Assembly: GCF_963921235.1 (NCBI RefSeq)
Contig: NC_086097.1
Coordinates: forward strand, 174,656,001 to 174,720,000
Source of the DNA: Mobula hypostoma
Taxonomy: Eukaryota
Direction: 5' to 3'
DNA: 64,000 nt
Below, piece after piece: positions 52,450 to 63,211 of this stretch. Below the pieces are notes generated by a model that saw only the letters and a list, made by a program, of their open reading frames with translations, searched no databases and had not been told where the DNA came from. A program made the position numbers and the translations under genes. Positions within the stretch are counted from its first letter, which is position 1, and each line of letters begins with the position of its first letter.

Positions 52450-53027
52450 TGCTGGGTATTTAACATTTCCGTTATATCTGAGTAATATTATAGTTTGATT
52501 AAGCGTTCTTTGTTTAAGTAATTCATTACCCCAGTTTTCCCATTCTTACCTGCTTCAGAATGAACTTGCTCTTGCCGAGGGAGTTGCCTTGTGTGGGGAT
52601 TGAGGGTTGTTGTACCATCCAAGCTGAGCGCTGAAGTGTTGGAGAAGTTACATGCTGGTCATCTAGACATGGTCAAAGTTAAGGTGGTGGCTCGAAGCTT
52701 TTCCTGGGATAGATCAGCAGATCTAATTTGAGATGCATTCTATATTAAGTTGGAGTATATAGCTAAGCAGGGAGGAGTGTTGTGTACTTACTATTTCAGT
52801 AATATTTGAGTAATATTGTAAACATATTGTTTGATTAAGCATTCTTTGTTTAAATAAGTTATTACTGGTTATACGTAAAAGTATGTGAATGGCACACATC
52901 ATCACGCCAATACATCATATATGCGTGCCTTGCTAAAGTAAAAATGAAACTAAGAGTACATGAGCTCCTGGTCTTCCTGTGTTTTTCATTCAATTAGTTC
53001 TATGTTTTGCAGTTACAACACACAACA
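52450..53027 (+). mobile_element. Heavily deleted Gypsy/Ty3-type LTR retrotransposon
   Basis: Partial 5' LTR (52450-52528); integrase zinc-finger remnant VWGLRVVVPSKLSAEVLEKLHAGHL..ARSF; purine tract agcagggaggag; 3' LTR 52778-53027 bounded by TGTTGTGT...ACACAACA. Confidence 0.75.
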
Positions 53028-53749
53028 ACTTAGCCCATCAAGTCTTTGGTGACCCTGTAAAGGGCATTGCAGTGGTCCCACACACACTGGCCTTTCATCG
53101 TGGCTCTGCAGCTTTATCATTTTTGTGACAGGTAAGAGGAACATCTTGAAAAAAAGAGGTAATAATGGAGAAAAATCAATATTCCTAGGTATGCAACACA
53201 TGAAGAAAATAAGGTGTCCCTCAGCCACGAAGAACAGCCCGCTGAAGCAATGTGACTTACTCCAGAGGGAAGATGGTTTGGGCTCAGGATTAACAGCAGA
53301 ATAAGGCGGGAATATGAGGTGTGAGAGCCAGGATCAAGAGAGCTGGCTCCCTACTGATGGATGGTGGCAAAGGGTTGTGTGTGCAGACCTCCTGAGCTGT
53401 TTCAGTGCATCCAGTCAGTGGTGCTCATGGTGCTCACCACTGAACAGGACTGTTAGCCCCAGTGCCATGAACCTGACCTTACCAATTCTCTTCTAGTGAT
53501 GAGAAGCAAATAGAATGAGTTGCTGCCATTCAAAAATGCGTATTTATATCTGAACCATATGGTGTAGGAAAGTGAATGGTGAAAGAATCAATGAGGAGAC
53601 AACAAACAGTTCGGGTCTAGAATACAGTGTCTGAGTAGTTAGAGTCATAGAAACAGTCCCTCTGGCACATTACTTCTGCGACAACCTTTCAGCTCATTTA
53701 CACCCATCCCACATTAGGACAATGCCCTACTATGCCATGCCTACTTAAT

Positions 53750-56135
53750 TAGTTTCATTCATATATCTTAGAGAGAAGTTTTTTGTCTGTCTTGGAGAGC
53801 AGTTTACCAAGAGATACAATGCTGTTGCTGTTGCTCAGGGAAGATCTCTTAGTCCCCTACTCTTATCATTGTACGTGCTCCCCTTAGGATACATCGTTTC
53901 AGTGCATGAACTTGATTTCCACAGTTATGTAGATGACGCACAATTGTACATCCCAGTTGAGCTTGATAACGCCCATGCTGAGGCAGAGCTCTGCATGGAT
54001 TCCTTAAAGGAAAATCCTGCCTGACATCTCTATTACAATTTTTTGAGGAAATTACCAGTAGGCTTGATGAGAGATGCAGTGGATGTTGTACATTTGGATT
54101 TTCAGAAGGCCTTTGACAAGGTGCCGCATATGAGGCTGCTAAACAAGATAAGAGCCCATGGAATTACAGGAAAGTTACATACATGGATAGAGTGTTGGCT
54201 GATTGGCAGGAAACAGAGAGTGGGAATAAAGGGATCCTATTCTGGTTGGCTGCCGGTTACCAGTGGCGTTCCACAGGGGTCTGTATTGGGGCCGTTTCTT
54301 TTTACATTGTACATCAACGATTTGGATTATGGAACAGATGGCTTTGTGGCTAAGTTTGCTGACGATACGAAGATAGGTGGGAGGGGCCAGTAGCGCTGAG
54401 GAAACAGAGAGTCTGCAGAGAGACTTGGATAGATTGGAAGAATAGGCAAAGAAGTGGCAAATTAAATACAATGTTGGAAAGTGTATGGTTATGCACTTTG
54501 GCAGAAGAAATAAACGGGCAGACTATTACTTAAATGGAGAAAGAATTCAAAGTTCAGAGATGCAACGGGACTTGGGTGTCCTCATACAGGATACGCTTAA
54601 GGTTAACCTCCAGGTTGAGTCAGTGGTGAAGAAGGTGAATGCAATGTTGGTATTCATTTCTAGAGGAATAGAGTATAGGAGCAGGGATGTGATGTTGAGG
54701 CTCTATAAGGCGCTGGTGAGACCTCACTTGGAGTACTGTGGGCAGTTTTGGTCTCCTTATTTAAGAAAGGATGTGCTGACGTTGGAGAGGGTACAGATAA
54801 GATTCACTAGAATGATTCCGGGAATGAGAGGGTTATATGAGAAACGTTTGTCCGCTCTTGGACTGTATTCCTTGGAGTTTAGAAGAATGAGGGGAGACCT
54901 CATAGAAACATTTTGAATGTTGAAAGGCATGGACAGAGTGGATGTGGCAAAGTTGTTTCCCATGATGGGGGAATCTAGTACGAGAGGGCATGACTTAAGG
55001 ATTGAAGGGCGCCCATTCAGAACAGAAATGCAAAGAAATTTTTTTAGCCAGAGGGTGGTGAATCTATGGAATTTGTTGCCACGGGAGGCAGTGGAGGCCA
55101 AGTCATTGGGTGTATTTAAGGCAGAGATTGATAGGTATCTGAGTAGCCAGGGGATCAAAGGTTATGGTGAGAAGGCAGGGGAGTGAGACGAAATGGGAGA
55201 ATGGATCAGCTCATAATAAAATGGCGGAGCAGACTCGATGGGCCGAATGGCCGGCTTCTGCTCCTTTGTCTTATGGTCTTATCTTCTCTGACATCAGGTA
55301 TGGCTGCAATAAACAAATGCAATAATTTCTTAAAAGTAAATGAAGATAAAACTGCTATACTTTTGGTTGGTCCCAAAGCCAAAAGAGATAAACTTAGGAA
55401 CTTTGCTCTTCTTGTAAAATCAGAAGTAACAGGCCTGGGTGTTATCCTTGATTCAGATTTGAATTTTAAATCCCACATAAAGAAAGTGACAAGAGCAGCA
55501 TTTCTACACAAGAAATATTGCAAAGGTATCTCTGTTTCTGTCACGTAATGATGCTGAAAACTAATTCATGCCTTTAAATTGAATAGACTAGGTTACTGCA
55601 ATACACTGTTTATTTGCTTTCCGAAGCAATCCATTGACAAGCTTCAATTCATTCTGAACATGGCTGCTAAATTTTTAACTAAAGCCAGGATGAGGGAGCA
55701 TATCACTCCCATCCTGGCTACTCTGCATTAGCTTCCTGTATCTTTTAGAATTGATTTTAAATGTCTCATATTTACTTTTAAAGCTCTTAATGGCCTGAGA
55801 CCAGACTACATCACAGAACCATTTTCGTTTTATAATCCTGCTCAAGCTCTCAGATCTTCATCTGCTGGTCTCTTAAATTTAAATTTAAACAATCTCCCTC
55901 AAAAGATAATTGGAAGGTCAGCTTTTTTTTGAACCATACTCCTGAAGTGTGGAATTCAATCCTTAAAACTATGAGGGATACAGACTCAGCTAACACTATT
56001 AAACACCAGCTAAAGACCTTGCTTTTAATTAGTATCTTCTTGTCTTTTATTTTTTTTTCCATGGTTGTACTTTTAGCCCATTGTAAAGCACTTTGAGCTG
56101 CATCATCTGTTTGAAAAGTGCTCTATAAATAAAAG
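53750..56135 (+). mobile_element. L2 LINE fragment split by a CR1
   Basis: FHSYVDDAQLY RT motif and REHITPILATLH C-terminus; same family as 10592-12445. Confidence 0.85.
53985..55282 (+). mobile_element. Young 5'-truncated CR1
   Basis: [21 protein letters not shown] and FADDTK motifs; tail cttatggtcttat. Confidence 0.92.
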
Positions 56136-56433
56136 TCTTTGTGAGTATTACTTTAGTGCCTATATAACTGCTTCTTCACTGACTGTATCTAACTTCATCA
56201 TCTCGTCTAACAACATATTCCAAAAACCAGTACTCCCTGTGTCAAACTGATCTCATTGCAATCTCCCAAGCACCTACACCCATTTGTTCTTAATACCCCA
56301 GCCATGCGAAGAAGATTCTATCTACCCTCTTTATGCCACTCATTAGGTCGCTCATCAGCCTCGCTCGCTCCAGGGAAAACAAGCCCAACCTCTGCAATTT
56401 CTCCCTGTATCTAAAGTCTTCTACGCCAATCAA

Positions 56434-56650
56434 CAACACACATCAAAATTGCTGGTGAACGCAGCAGGCCAAGCAGCATCTATAGGAAGAGGCGCAGTCG
56501 ACGTTTCAGGCCGAGACCCTCCTGACGAAGGGTCTCAGCCTGAAACGTCGACTGTGCCGCTTCCTATAGATGCTGCTTGGCCTGCTGCGTTCACCAGCAA
56601 CTTTGATGTGTGTTGCTTGAATTTCCAGCATCTGCAGAATTCCTGTTGTT
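56434..56650. mobile_element. Young palindromic Penelope-like insertion
   Basis: 87-bp inverted arms (56434-56520 and 56529-56615, 4 mismatches) around an 8-nt spacer; TSD tacgccaatcaa (56422-56433 and 56651-56662). Confidence 0.9.
56520..56554 (+). ncRNA. Minimal hammerhead ribozyme core (PLE type); stem I truncated
   Basis: CTGACGA-[AGG gtctcag CCT]-GAAAC-GTC|GACTG, with a palindromic ACGT helix III. Confidence 0.65.
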
Positions 56651-57149
56651 TACGCCAATCAACATCCTGGTGTACCTCCTCCACCCTCTCCCCAAAGCAG
56701 TAATGTGCAGGCAGATTCAATTGTGGTGTTAAAAGGGGAATTGTATGAAAAGGATTTGCAGGGGTAATGAGGAGGAGTGTAGTGAAGTGGGATCGATTAG
56801 ATTACTCTTGCATCAAGCTGGCATGAATTAAATGAGTTGGATGTTCTCCTTCCATGCTGTAACCTCTGTAATGTGTACAGCTTTGCCCTTCTCTCTGCAC
56901 ATTAAATTTATTCTTCTGTTTCTCAGAGTATCATATACCAATCAAATGAGGTCCCCTTTCAGTGTTGTGGCTTCAGTGGTAAGAAAATCTGCGTGACTTA
57001 TACTTGGGTTTCTTCCACTTTAGGGAGGGTCTTTGCCAAACTTTTAACATGGATAAGCCACGTAGAAACTTGGAACTTGCACAATTGTAACTATGGAATT
57101 TATAGACGGGACGATTCTAATTATTACCACTTTGGTACACATAAAATGT

Positions 57150-57155
57150 TTTATT
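57150..57155 (-). terminator. Candidate polyadenylation signal of KCNS2
   Basis: TTTATT on + (AATAAA on -) about 660 nt past the stop; an alternative lies at 56907-56912. Confidence 0.3.
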
Positions 57156-57818
57156 ATATTTTACAATGAATTATATTTTAGTATGGTCCTAATTATACAT
57201 TCTATTAGTCTCTGGGTAATGGTTTCTCCAGCCTAAAGTGGTTTGATCTCCAGTAAAAATAAATAGACTAGTAATTAATAGTTCCTGTGCAAATTAGTGT
57301 CAGTTTAAGAACAAGGTTGAACCATTGGATGGTAGTCTTAAAAAAAAGGCCAGTATTTAAAATTCTCTCCTCTGTGTTCAAAGCATCTATTGTCTCATTG
57401 GGACGTAACTTCCTCTTATTCTCTGAGGCTCATCCTTGAATTTGTTGTGATTGCCACTGGCAGCAAAGCTTGAGCAGTCTGATCCCGAGGCTCTGGAATT
57501 CTCTTCCCAAACTCACCATTTCTCTCTCTCTCTCTCTCTCTGTTAAAGTGTTTCTAAAAATGATTCCTCTTCCATTCTTGTACTGCTCAGACTTAGTTTG
57601 CATCAGAATTATCTTGGAAACGTCTTACAATGTTAAAACTGCAATATAATTGGAGGTTCATGTGTGGTGAACAAGGTAATGGCTCGTCACTGTATACATT
57701 AACTGGGTTTGAAACACTGGTTGGTGGATAGTTGTTTCCACATGCTTTAGATCCACAATATCTAATGGTTTGGGTTGTGATTACGTGCTATATCATGATG
57801 ACTACATTCAGGGTGGAT

Positions 57819-59246
57819 TCAGTGCACTGAATTGTTCATACTGTGCTCAGTGGAGGACCCTCTGCTCATGTTGTTCAGGCTAACCATCAGTGACTTCATC
57901 CTGTCTGCATAATAGTCGCGCAGGTTAAGCAGGGGTAATTCAGCCAGACCCTCATCAAACTCACAGCTCCTCATGGCATTTTCCAAGTTCTTTTGACGCC
58001 GGTAGAAGTGGGAGAACTTATTGAAGATGAGTGTGATCGGGAGCACCACCACCAGGATCCCAGCCAGAATGCAGGCGGAGGCTGTTAATTTACCCCCGAT
58101 GCTGATGGGGACCACATCTCCGTATCCCACTGTGGTCATACTGACAGTGGCCCACCACCAGCAGGAGGGGATGGTGGTCAGCCCGGAGTCCTCCTCCTTC
58201 TCGATGGTGTAGGCCACCACGGAGAAAACAGACACCCCGACCGACAGGTAGAGGAGGAGAAGCCCCACCTCCCTGTAGCTGTGTTTCAAGGTGGCCCCCA
58301 GTGACCTCAGGCCCGTGGAATGGCGGGCAAGCTTCAGGATGCGGAAGATCCTCATCAGCCTGAGGACCTGCAGCATCCGGCCGAGATTAGGCAGGGCGGG
58401 GCTGCTGTCGACGGCTAGGTTCACCAGCAGCGTCAGGTAAAAGGGTAAGATGGACATCAGGTCAATGACGTTCAGTGGGAGCCTGAAGAATTGCAGCAGG
58501 CTTGGTGAAGCAAACATCCTGGCCAGAAGCTCAAGGGTAAACCAGCCTATGCAGAAATGCTCAACAATCTCAAATCGGGGATCGTCTCTGTTGTTTCCCT
58601 GTTGATCCACCAGCTGGAACTCAGCCATGCTGTTCAGACACATGGTGGCTATGGATCCCAAAACCATCATTATTGACAGCACACTGTAAATCCTGCTAAT
58701 GATGTTGTAACCGGGGTTTTCCAGCATTAACCACAGCCGCCGCCGGCAGTTCCCAAAGACCTGGCTGTCATACTTTGATGCATCCTTGAAGAAGGTTAGG
58801 ACCTCGTCGAGGGATGAGGTGGTGCTGCCTCGATCACTGGCCGTTTCCTCGCCTTCGTCCAGATCAGTTGCAATGCTGTGGCCCTGGTGATCGGGGCTGC
58901 AGCAGGGTGGATCGATAAAGAACTCCTCAATGCCCCAGTACTCAATTTCCTGCATGAAGATGCATGCTTTGCCCGTGGTCCTGAGTCTGCCCGTATGGTA
59001 GAAGTTCAGCACCAGAGGGAAGAGGGCAGGGTTTCTGTCAAAGTAAAATTCCTTCTCCTCCTCGTCGTAGTCATCGCACAACTCGAGGACAGATTCTGTG
59101 GAGCAGCAGCGAAGAAGTCGGCCCAGCCTGGTCTCCGGGAACCTTGCTAAGGTTCGGTAGCTTAGTTTCTTCTTCAAACCCCCAACATTGATGCTGATCT
59201 CCCCATCATACTCAGCCACGAGGGCATTCCCAAGTGGAGCGGCCAT
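57819..59246 (-). CDS. KCNS2: Voltage-gated potassium channel modifier (silent) subunit Kv9.2, 475 aa, single coding exon
   Basis: T1/BTB domain (INVGG..FPETRLG..YFDRNP), S4 RMLQVLRLMRIFRILKLAR, pore TTVGYGD, KvS-type S6 VVVLPIT, and a C-terminus (MRSCEF..NLRDYYA..KSL) typical of Kv9.2. Lies convergent to STK3, as in human. Start set at ATG 59246 (ccacccATGG), downstream of a splice acceptor. Confidence 0.92.
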   Translation of the reverse strand: MAAPLGNALVAEYDGEISINVGGLKKKLSYRTLARFPETRLGRLLRCCSTESVLELCDDYDEEEKEFYFDRNPALFPLVLNFYHTGRLRTTGKACIFMQEIEYWGIEEFFIDPPCCSPDHQGHSIATDLDEGEETASDRGSTTSSLDEVLTFFKDASKYDSQVFGNCRRRLWLMLENPGYNIISRIYSVLSIMMVLGSIATMCLNSMAEFQLVDQQGNNRDDPRFEIVEHFCIGWFTLELLARMFASPSLLQFFRLPLNVIDLMSILPFYLTLLVNLAVDSSPALPNLGRMLQVLRLMRIFRILKLARHSTGLRSLGATLKHSYREVGLLLLYLSVGVSVFSVVAYTIEKEEDSGLTTIPSCWWWATVSMTTVGYGDVVPISIGGKLTASACILAGILVVVLPITLIFNKFSHFYRRQKNLENAMRSCEFDEGLAELPLLNLRDYYADRMKSLMVSLNNMSRGSSTEHSMNNSVH

Positions 59247-59272
59247 GGGTGGAGGGAGGGGTGTGAGAGGGC

Positions 59273-59290
59273 CTGAAACAAAGCAGGAAT
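59273..59290 (-). other. Splice acceptor of the KCNS2 coding exon (exon starts at 59272)
   Basis: Minus strand reads attcctgctttgtttcag|gccctc, 26 nt upstream of the ATG. Implies a non-coding first exon further right or beyond the window. Confidence 0.75.
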
Positions 59291-59739
59291 GGCATGTTAT
59301 AGTCTGACAGTCCATAAAACCATAAGGTATTGGAGGAACATTAAACAGTACAGTACAATCCTTTCAATGCAAACAACTCAGTCAAAATAAACCAATGGAA
59401 TTTGATGAATCATCACTTTTGTATCCAGCCAAATAATACTCCAAGGTGTTTATTAAGACCATAATTTCAGCCAGTTCTTAGTACAGTGTCATAGCAGCTA
59501 AACTGCTTGATTGATTCACTGAAGTCTGAGCTGTTGATCTGGTGATTGGTTCAAATTCCACCATGATGAGTTGGGAATCAGAATTCTATTTTTTTGAGTA
59601 AATTCTGGAATCAGTAAAGAAGAATCTCACAGCAAACTCAATGGGCTGAATAGCCTAATTCTGCTCCTTTGTTTTATGTCTTATGGTCTTAATGACAGCT
59701 GGAAGACAACCACACTGTTGTAAAGTGCAACTTTGGGAA

Positions 59740-60650
59740 GGATATGGAATGTGGAACATAGAATATTACAGCACTCAATCCAAGATCAATCTAACACCTC
59801 CTTCCCACATAGCCCTCCATTTTCTTTTCATCCATGTGCCTATCGAAGAGTGTCTTAAATGTCCCAAATGTATCTGCCTCTGCCACAACTCCTGGCAGCA
59901 CATACCATGCTGTTACTGCTCTCTGTGTAAAAAATATATTACTGATGTTCTCCCCTCCATACTTTCCTCCAATCACCTTAAAGGTATGTCTTCTAGTATA
60001 AAACATTGCCACCCTGGGGAAAAAGGTGCTGGCCGTTCACTCTGTCTATGCCTCTTATCATCTTATACATCTCTATCAAGTCTCCTCTCATTCTCCTTTT
60101 CTCTAGAGAAAAGACTTCGATTACTCAACCTTTCCCCACAAAACCTTCTCTAATCTAGGATGCCTCTTGGTAAATCTCCTCTGCACAATCTCTAAAGCTT
60201 CCACGTCTTTCCTATAATGAGGTGACCAGAACTAAATGCAAGAAGAATTAGGCCATTTGGCCCATCGTGACTGCTTCATCATTCAATCATGGCTGAAATT
60301 CTTTTTCATTTCTATTCTGCTCATAACCCTTAACCAAACAAAAATCTATCAATCTTTTTCTAAAATACACCCAATGACTTGGCCTCCATAGCCTTCTGTG
60401 GTGACAAATTCCACAGATTCACACCCTCTGGATGAAGAAACCTCTTCTCATCTCAGTTCTAAAGGGACATTCCTTGGAACCTCAACTCTCCTATTGATGG
60501 AGACATCCTCTCCATGTCCACTCTATCCAGGCATCTCAGGATTTGGTAGGTTTCACTAAAATCCCCTCTCCTGCTGAACTCCATAAAATACAGGCCAAGA
60601 GGCATCAAATGCTCCTCATATGTTCATCGTTTCATTCCGAAGATCAATTC
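59740..60650 (-). mobile_element. Two CR1 3' fragments in the KCNS2 intron
   Basis: ORF 59791..60012 (FFTQRAVTAW..FKTLFDRHMD) and antisense CR1 3' motifs. Confidence 0.75.
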
Positions 60651-61038
60651 AGTTCAAGGCTTGGGGGTGGTGAGGAGGGGGCGACTGTGGAAGGAGAAGC
60701 AGGGGTTGGTTAACTGGGGACTGGATGTGGCCAGGTTGCAGGTGGGACAGGGTGGTGATGGAGGGGTAGCTGTGGGAGGGTAGGACAGCAATGTGCAGGA
60801 AGTGGGGTTTAATATAAATTTTTAAATAAATTTCTAACTAACAACTCACAAAAAGCTGGAGGAAATTGCTGGGTCATCTACAGAGGGAAGTACCAATGGA
60901 ACAGTTTTTTTTAAAATCACCTTCAATTATTAAAATCAAGAAATGGAAGGATTCAAGAAATAAGGAAAGAAAAAGTAACTTGCTTTCATGCCCCAGTGAG
61001 CTTTCTCTAAGGTGTCAATCCCAGATAGTTATGGGAAA

Positions 61039-61106
61039 ACACACACACACACACACACGCATACACATCTCTCTCTCACACACACACATCTCACACACAC
61101 ACACTC
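61039..61106. repeat. Compound (CA)n/(CT)n microsatellite
   Basis: Directly visible. Confidence 0.95.
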
Positions 61107-62264
61107 ACACACATACACACACACACCTGTTAAAATCAACCCAACATCCATCACACTCTAAAACAACAGAACCCAGAACATTGAACTGCCAGTCCTGCCC
61201 CTCCTGAAACCAAGTCTCTCTTTCTCCACAACCACTCCACTGTCTGTTTTGGCTTTCTGGTTCCCATCCCCCTGCAACTCTAGTTGAAACCCCCTACCCC
61301 CATGTAGTACTAAAAAACCTTCAGGTTAGGGTATTAGTTCCACTCCACCCCCCCTCCAGTTCAGGAGCAAACCATCCCTTCTATATAGGTCCCACCTTCC
61401 CTGTAAGAGAGCCCAAAGATCCAAAAATCTGAAGCCTTCCCTCGTGCATCAACTTCTTACCCATGTGTTAAACTTTATGAGCTTCCTTTTTCTGGCCTCC
61501 CACTGGTAGCAATTCTGAGATCACAACCCTGGAGGTTCTGCCCTTTAATTTAGCACCTAACCCCCTGAGCTCACTTTATAATGGCATTCTTATTAACCAT
61601 CCTTGGTGTAGTAGTTCTACTAACTTTTCCTTGGTTCTCTGGGAGTCTTTAACTGTTCACTAAATTCTCAGTTAACTTTACTCCAGCTCAATTATCCTTC
61701 AAGGACACTGCCTTCCTCCAGTTCTGTCTTTCAACACATCTTGACTTACTTTGTCACCTTACGAGTAGGTGGATCTTCATATCCACAGCACCACCCCCCC
61801 CCAAGTTTTCTCCATCCTGTTTCAGATTGTACTAAACCAAGTTTTCTTTTTCTGTTTTGATCTGTGATAACTCTTTGTAGCCAATTCCCTAGTTGCTGAG
61901 AGGAATTCCCTAAGGTTGGTGAACCTACAACTTAAAGCAGGATCCAGGACAAGGGTTCTTGCCCTTAGGACTGAGATGAGGAGTTCAGAAAGTTCTCTCT
62001 GAGAATTCTCTCTTCCAGATGTTCAGTCATTAGGCATGTTCAAGCTGAGATCAACAATTTTTGCAAAATAAAGAAGGGAAATGGAGGAAACAGGTGGAAA
62101 ATGAAGTAAAGACATAGAATTGGTCAGGATGTTGAGTCTGGTTAAGGGCCAAAGGACTTACTTTCTGCTGCTCCTTAATTCCAGTACAAAGATTCACCTG
62201 GTACCATTCTTGTTGCGTACCTAGCACCTTTCCTTTGCCAAGTACCTTTGCTATTTCCTTCTTC

Positions 62265-62990
62265 ATAGTCATAGAGAGATAAAGTACTGAAACAGGTCCT
62301 TCAACCCACTAAGTCTGTGCCAACCATTAATTACACACTTACATTCATCTGAAATTAATCAAATCCCATTTTATTCTTCCCACATTCTCATCAACTGCCT
62401 CCAGAGTCTACCATCCATCCACACACTGGGAACAATCTGCAGTGGTCAATCGGGCTAGATAGAGTCTCTGTGCAGAGGATGTTTCCTATAGTGGGTGAGT
62501 CCAGAACCAAAGGGCACAGGCTCAGAATAGAGGGATGTTCATTTAGAACAGAGATGAGGAGTAATTTCTTTAGCTAGAGGATGGTGAATCTGTGGAATTC
62601 ATTGCCACAGACAGCTGTGGAGACCAGGTCATTAGGTATATTTAAAACGGAAGTTGAAAGGTTCTTGATTAATCAGGGCATCCAAGGTTAAGGGGAGAAG
62701 CAGGAGAATGGGGTTGAGAGGGATAATCAGTCAGCATGGATGAACTGGGCGAGCAGACTCGACAGGCTGAATACCCTAATTCTGCTATTATATCCTATGG
62801 TCTTATTGCCTTAACCTCCCGACCTGCACGGCTTTGGAATGTTGGGAGGAAACTGGAGCAGCCGAGAGTAAGCCACGGAAGTCACAGGGAGAGCGTGCAA
62901 ATTTCACACAGGCAACACCGGAAGGCAGGATTGAACCTGGGGCTCTGGCGCTGTGCAACGGCAGATATACCAGATGCAGTACTGTACTGT
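62265..62990 (-). mobile_element. SINE (antisense) split by a CR1 3' fragment (about 62455-62810, +)
   Basis: aggattgaacctgg (antisense B box) and the tttggaatgttgggaggaaactggagca body; the CR1 piece ends in tatggtcttat. Confidence 0.65.
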
Positions 62991-63211
62991 GTCTGTATTG
63001 GATACAAATGGTGAGAGAAAGACCATCCACAGTATAAATCCTTCCCACACGAGCAGACTGTCAGTGTAGGATACTGGTCTGTGTGCACTGGAATTAGAAT
63101 GGACAGAGAAGAATAGAAAGTAAAATCCCACAGAATAATTCCATCCCAGTGTCTGTATTCTGGAATTGTAAGTGTACTCTGTACTCTTGAATCATTACGG
63201 GTAGACAGATA

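Noticed and set aside
56449..56720. Two opposite-strand ORFs sharing LVNAAGQAASIG
   Set aside because: An artefact of the DNA palindrome.
59247..59315. 23-aa N-terminal extension of KCNS2 in the ORF track
   Set aside because: It crosses a good splice acceptor at 59273-59275, so the upstream ATG is probably intronic; the ATG at 59246 gives the expected Kv9.2 length.
60866..61207. His/Thr-rich ORF
   Set aside because: Translation of a (CA)n microsatellite.
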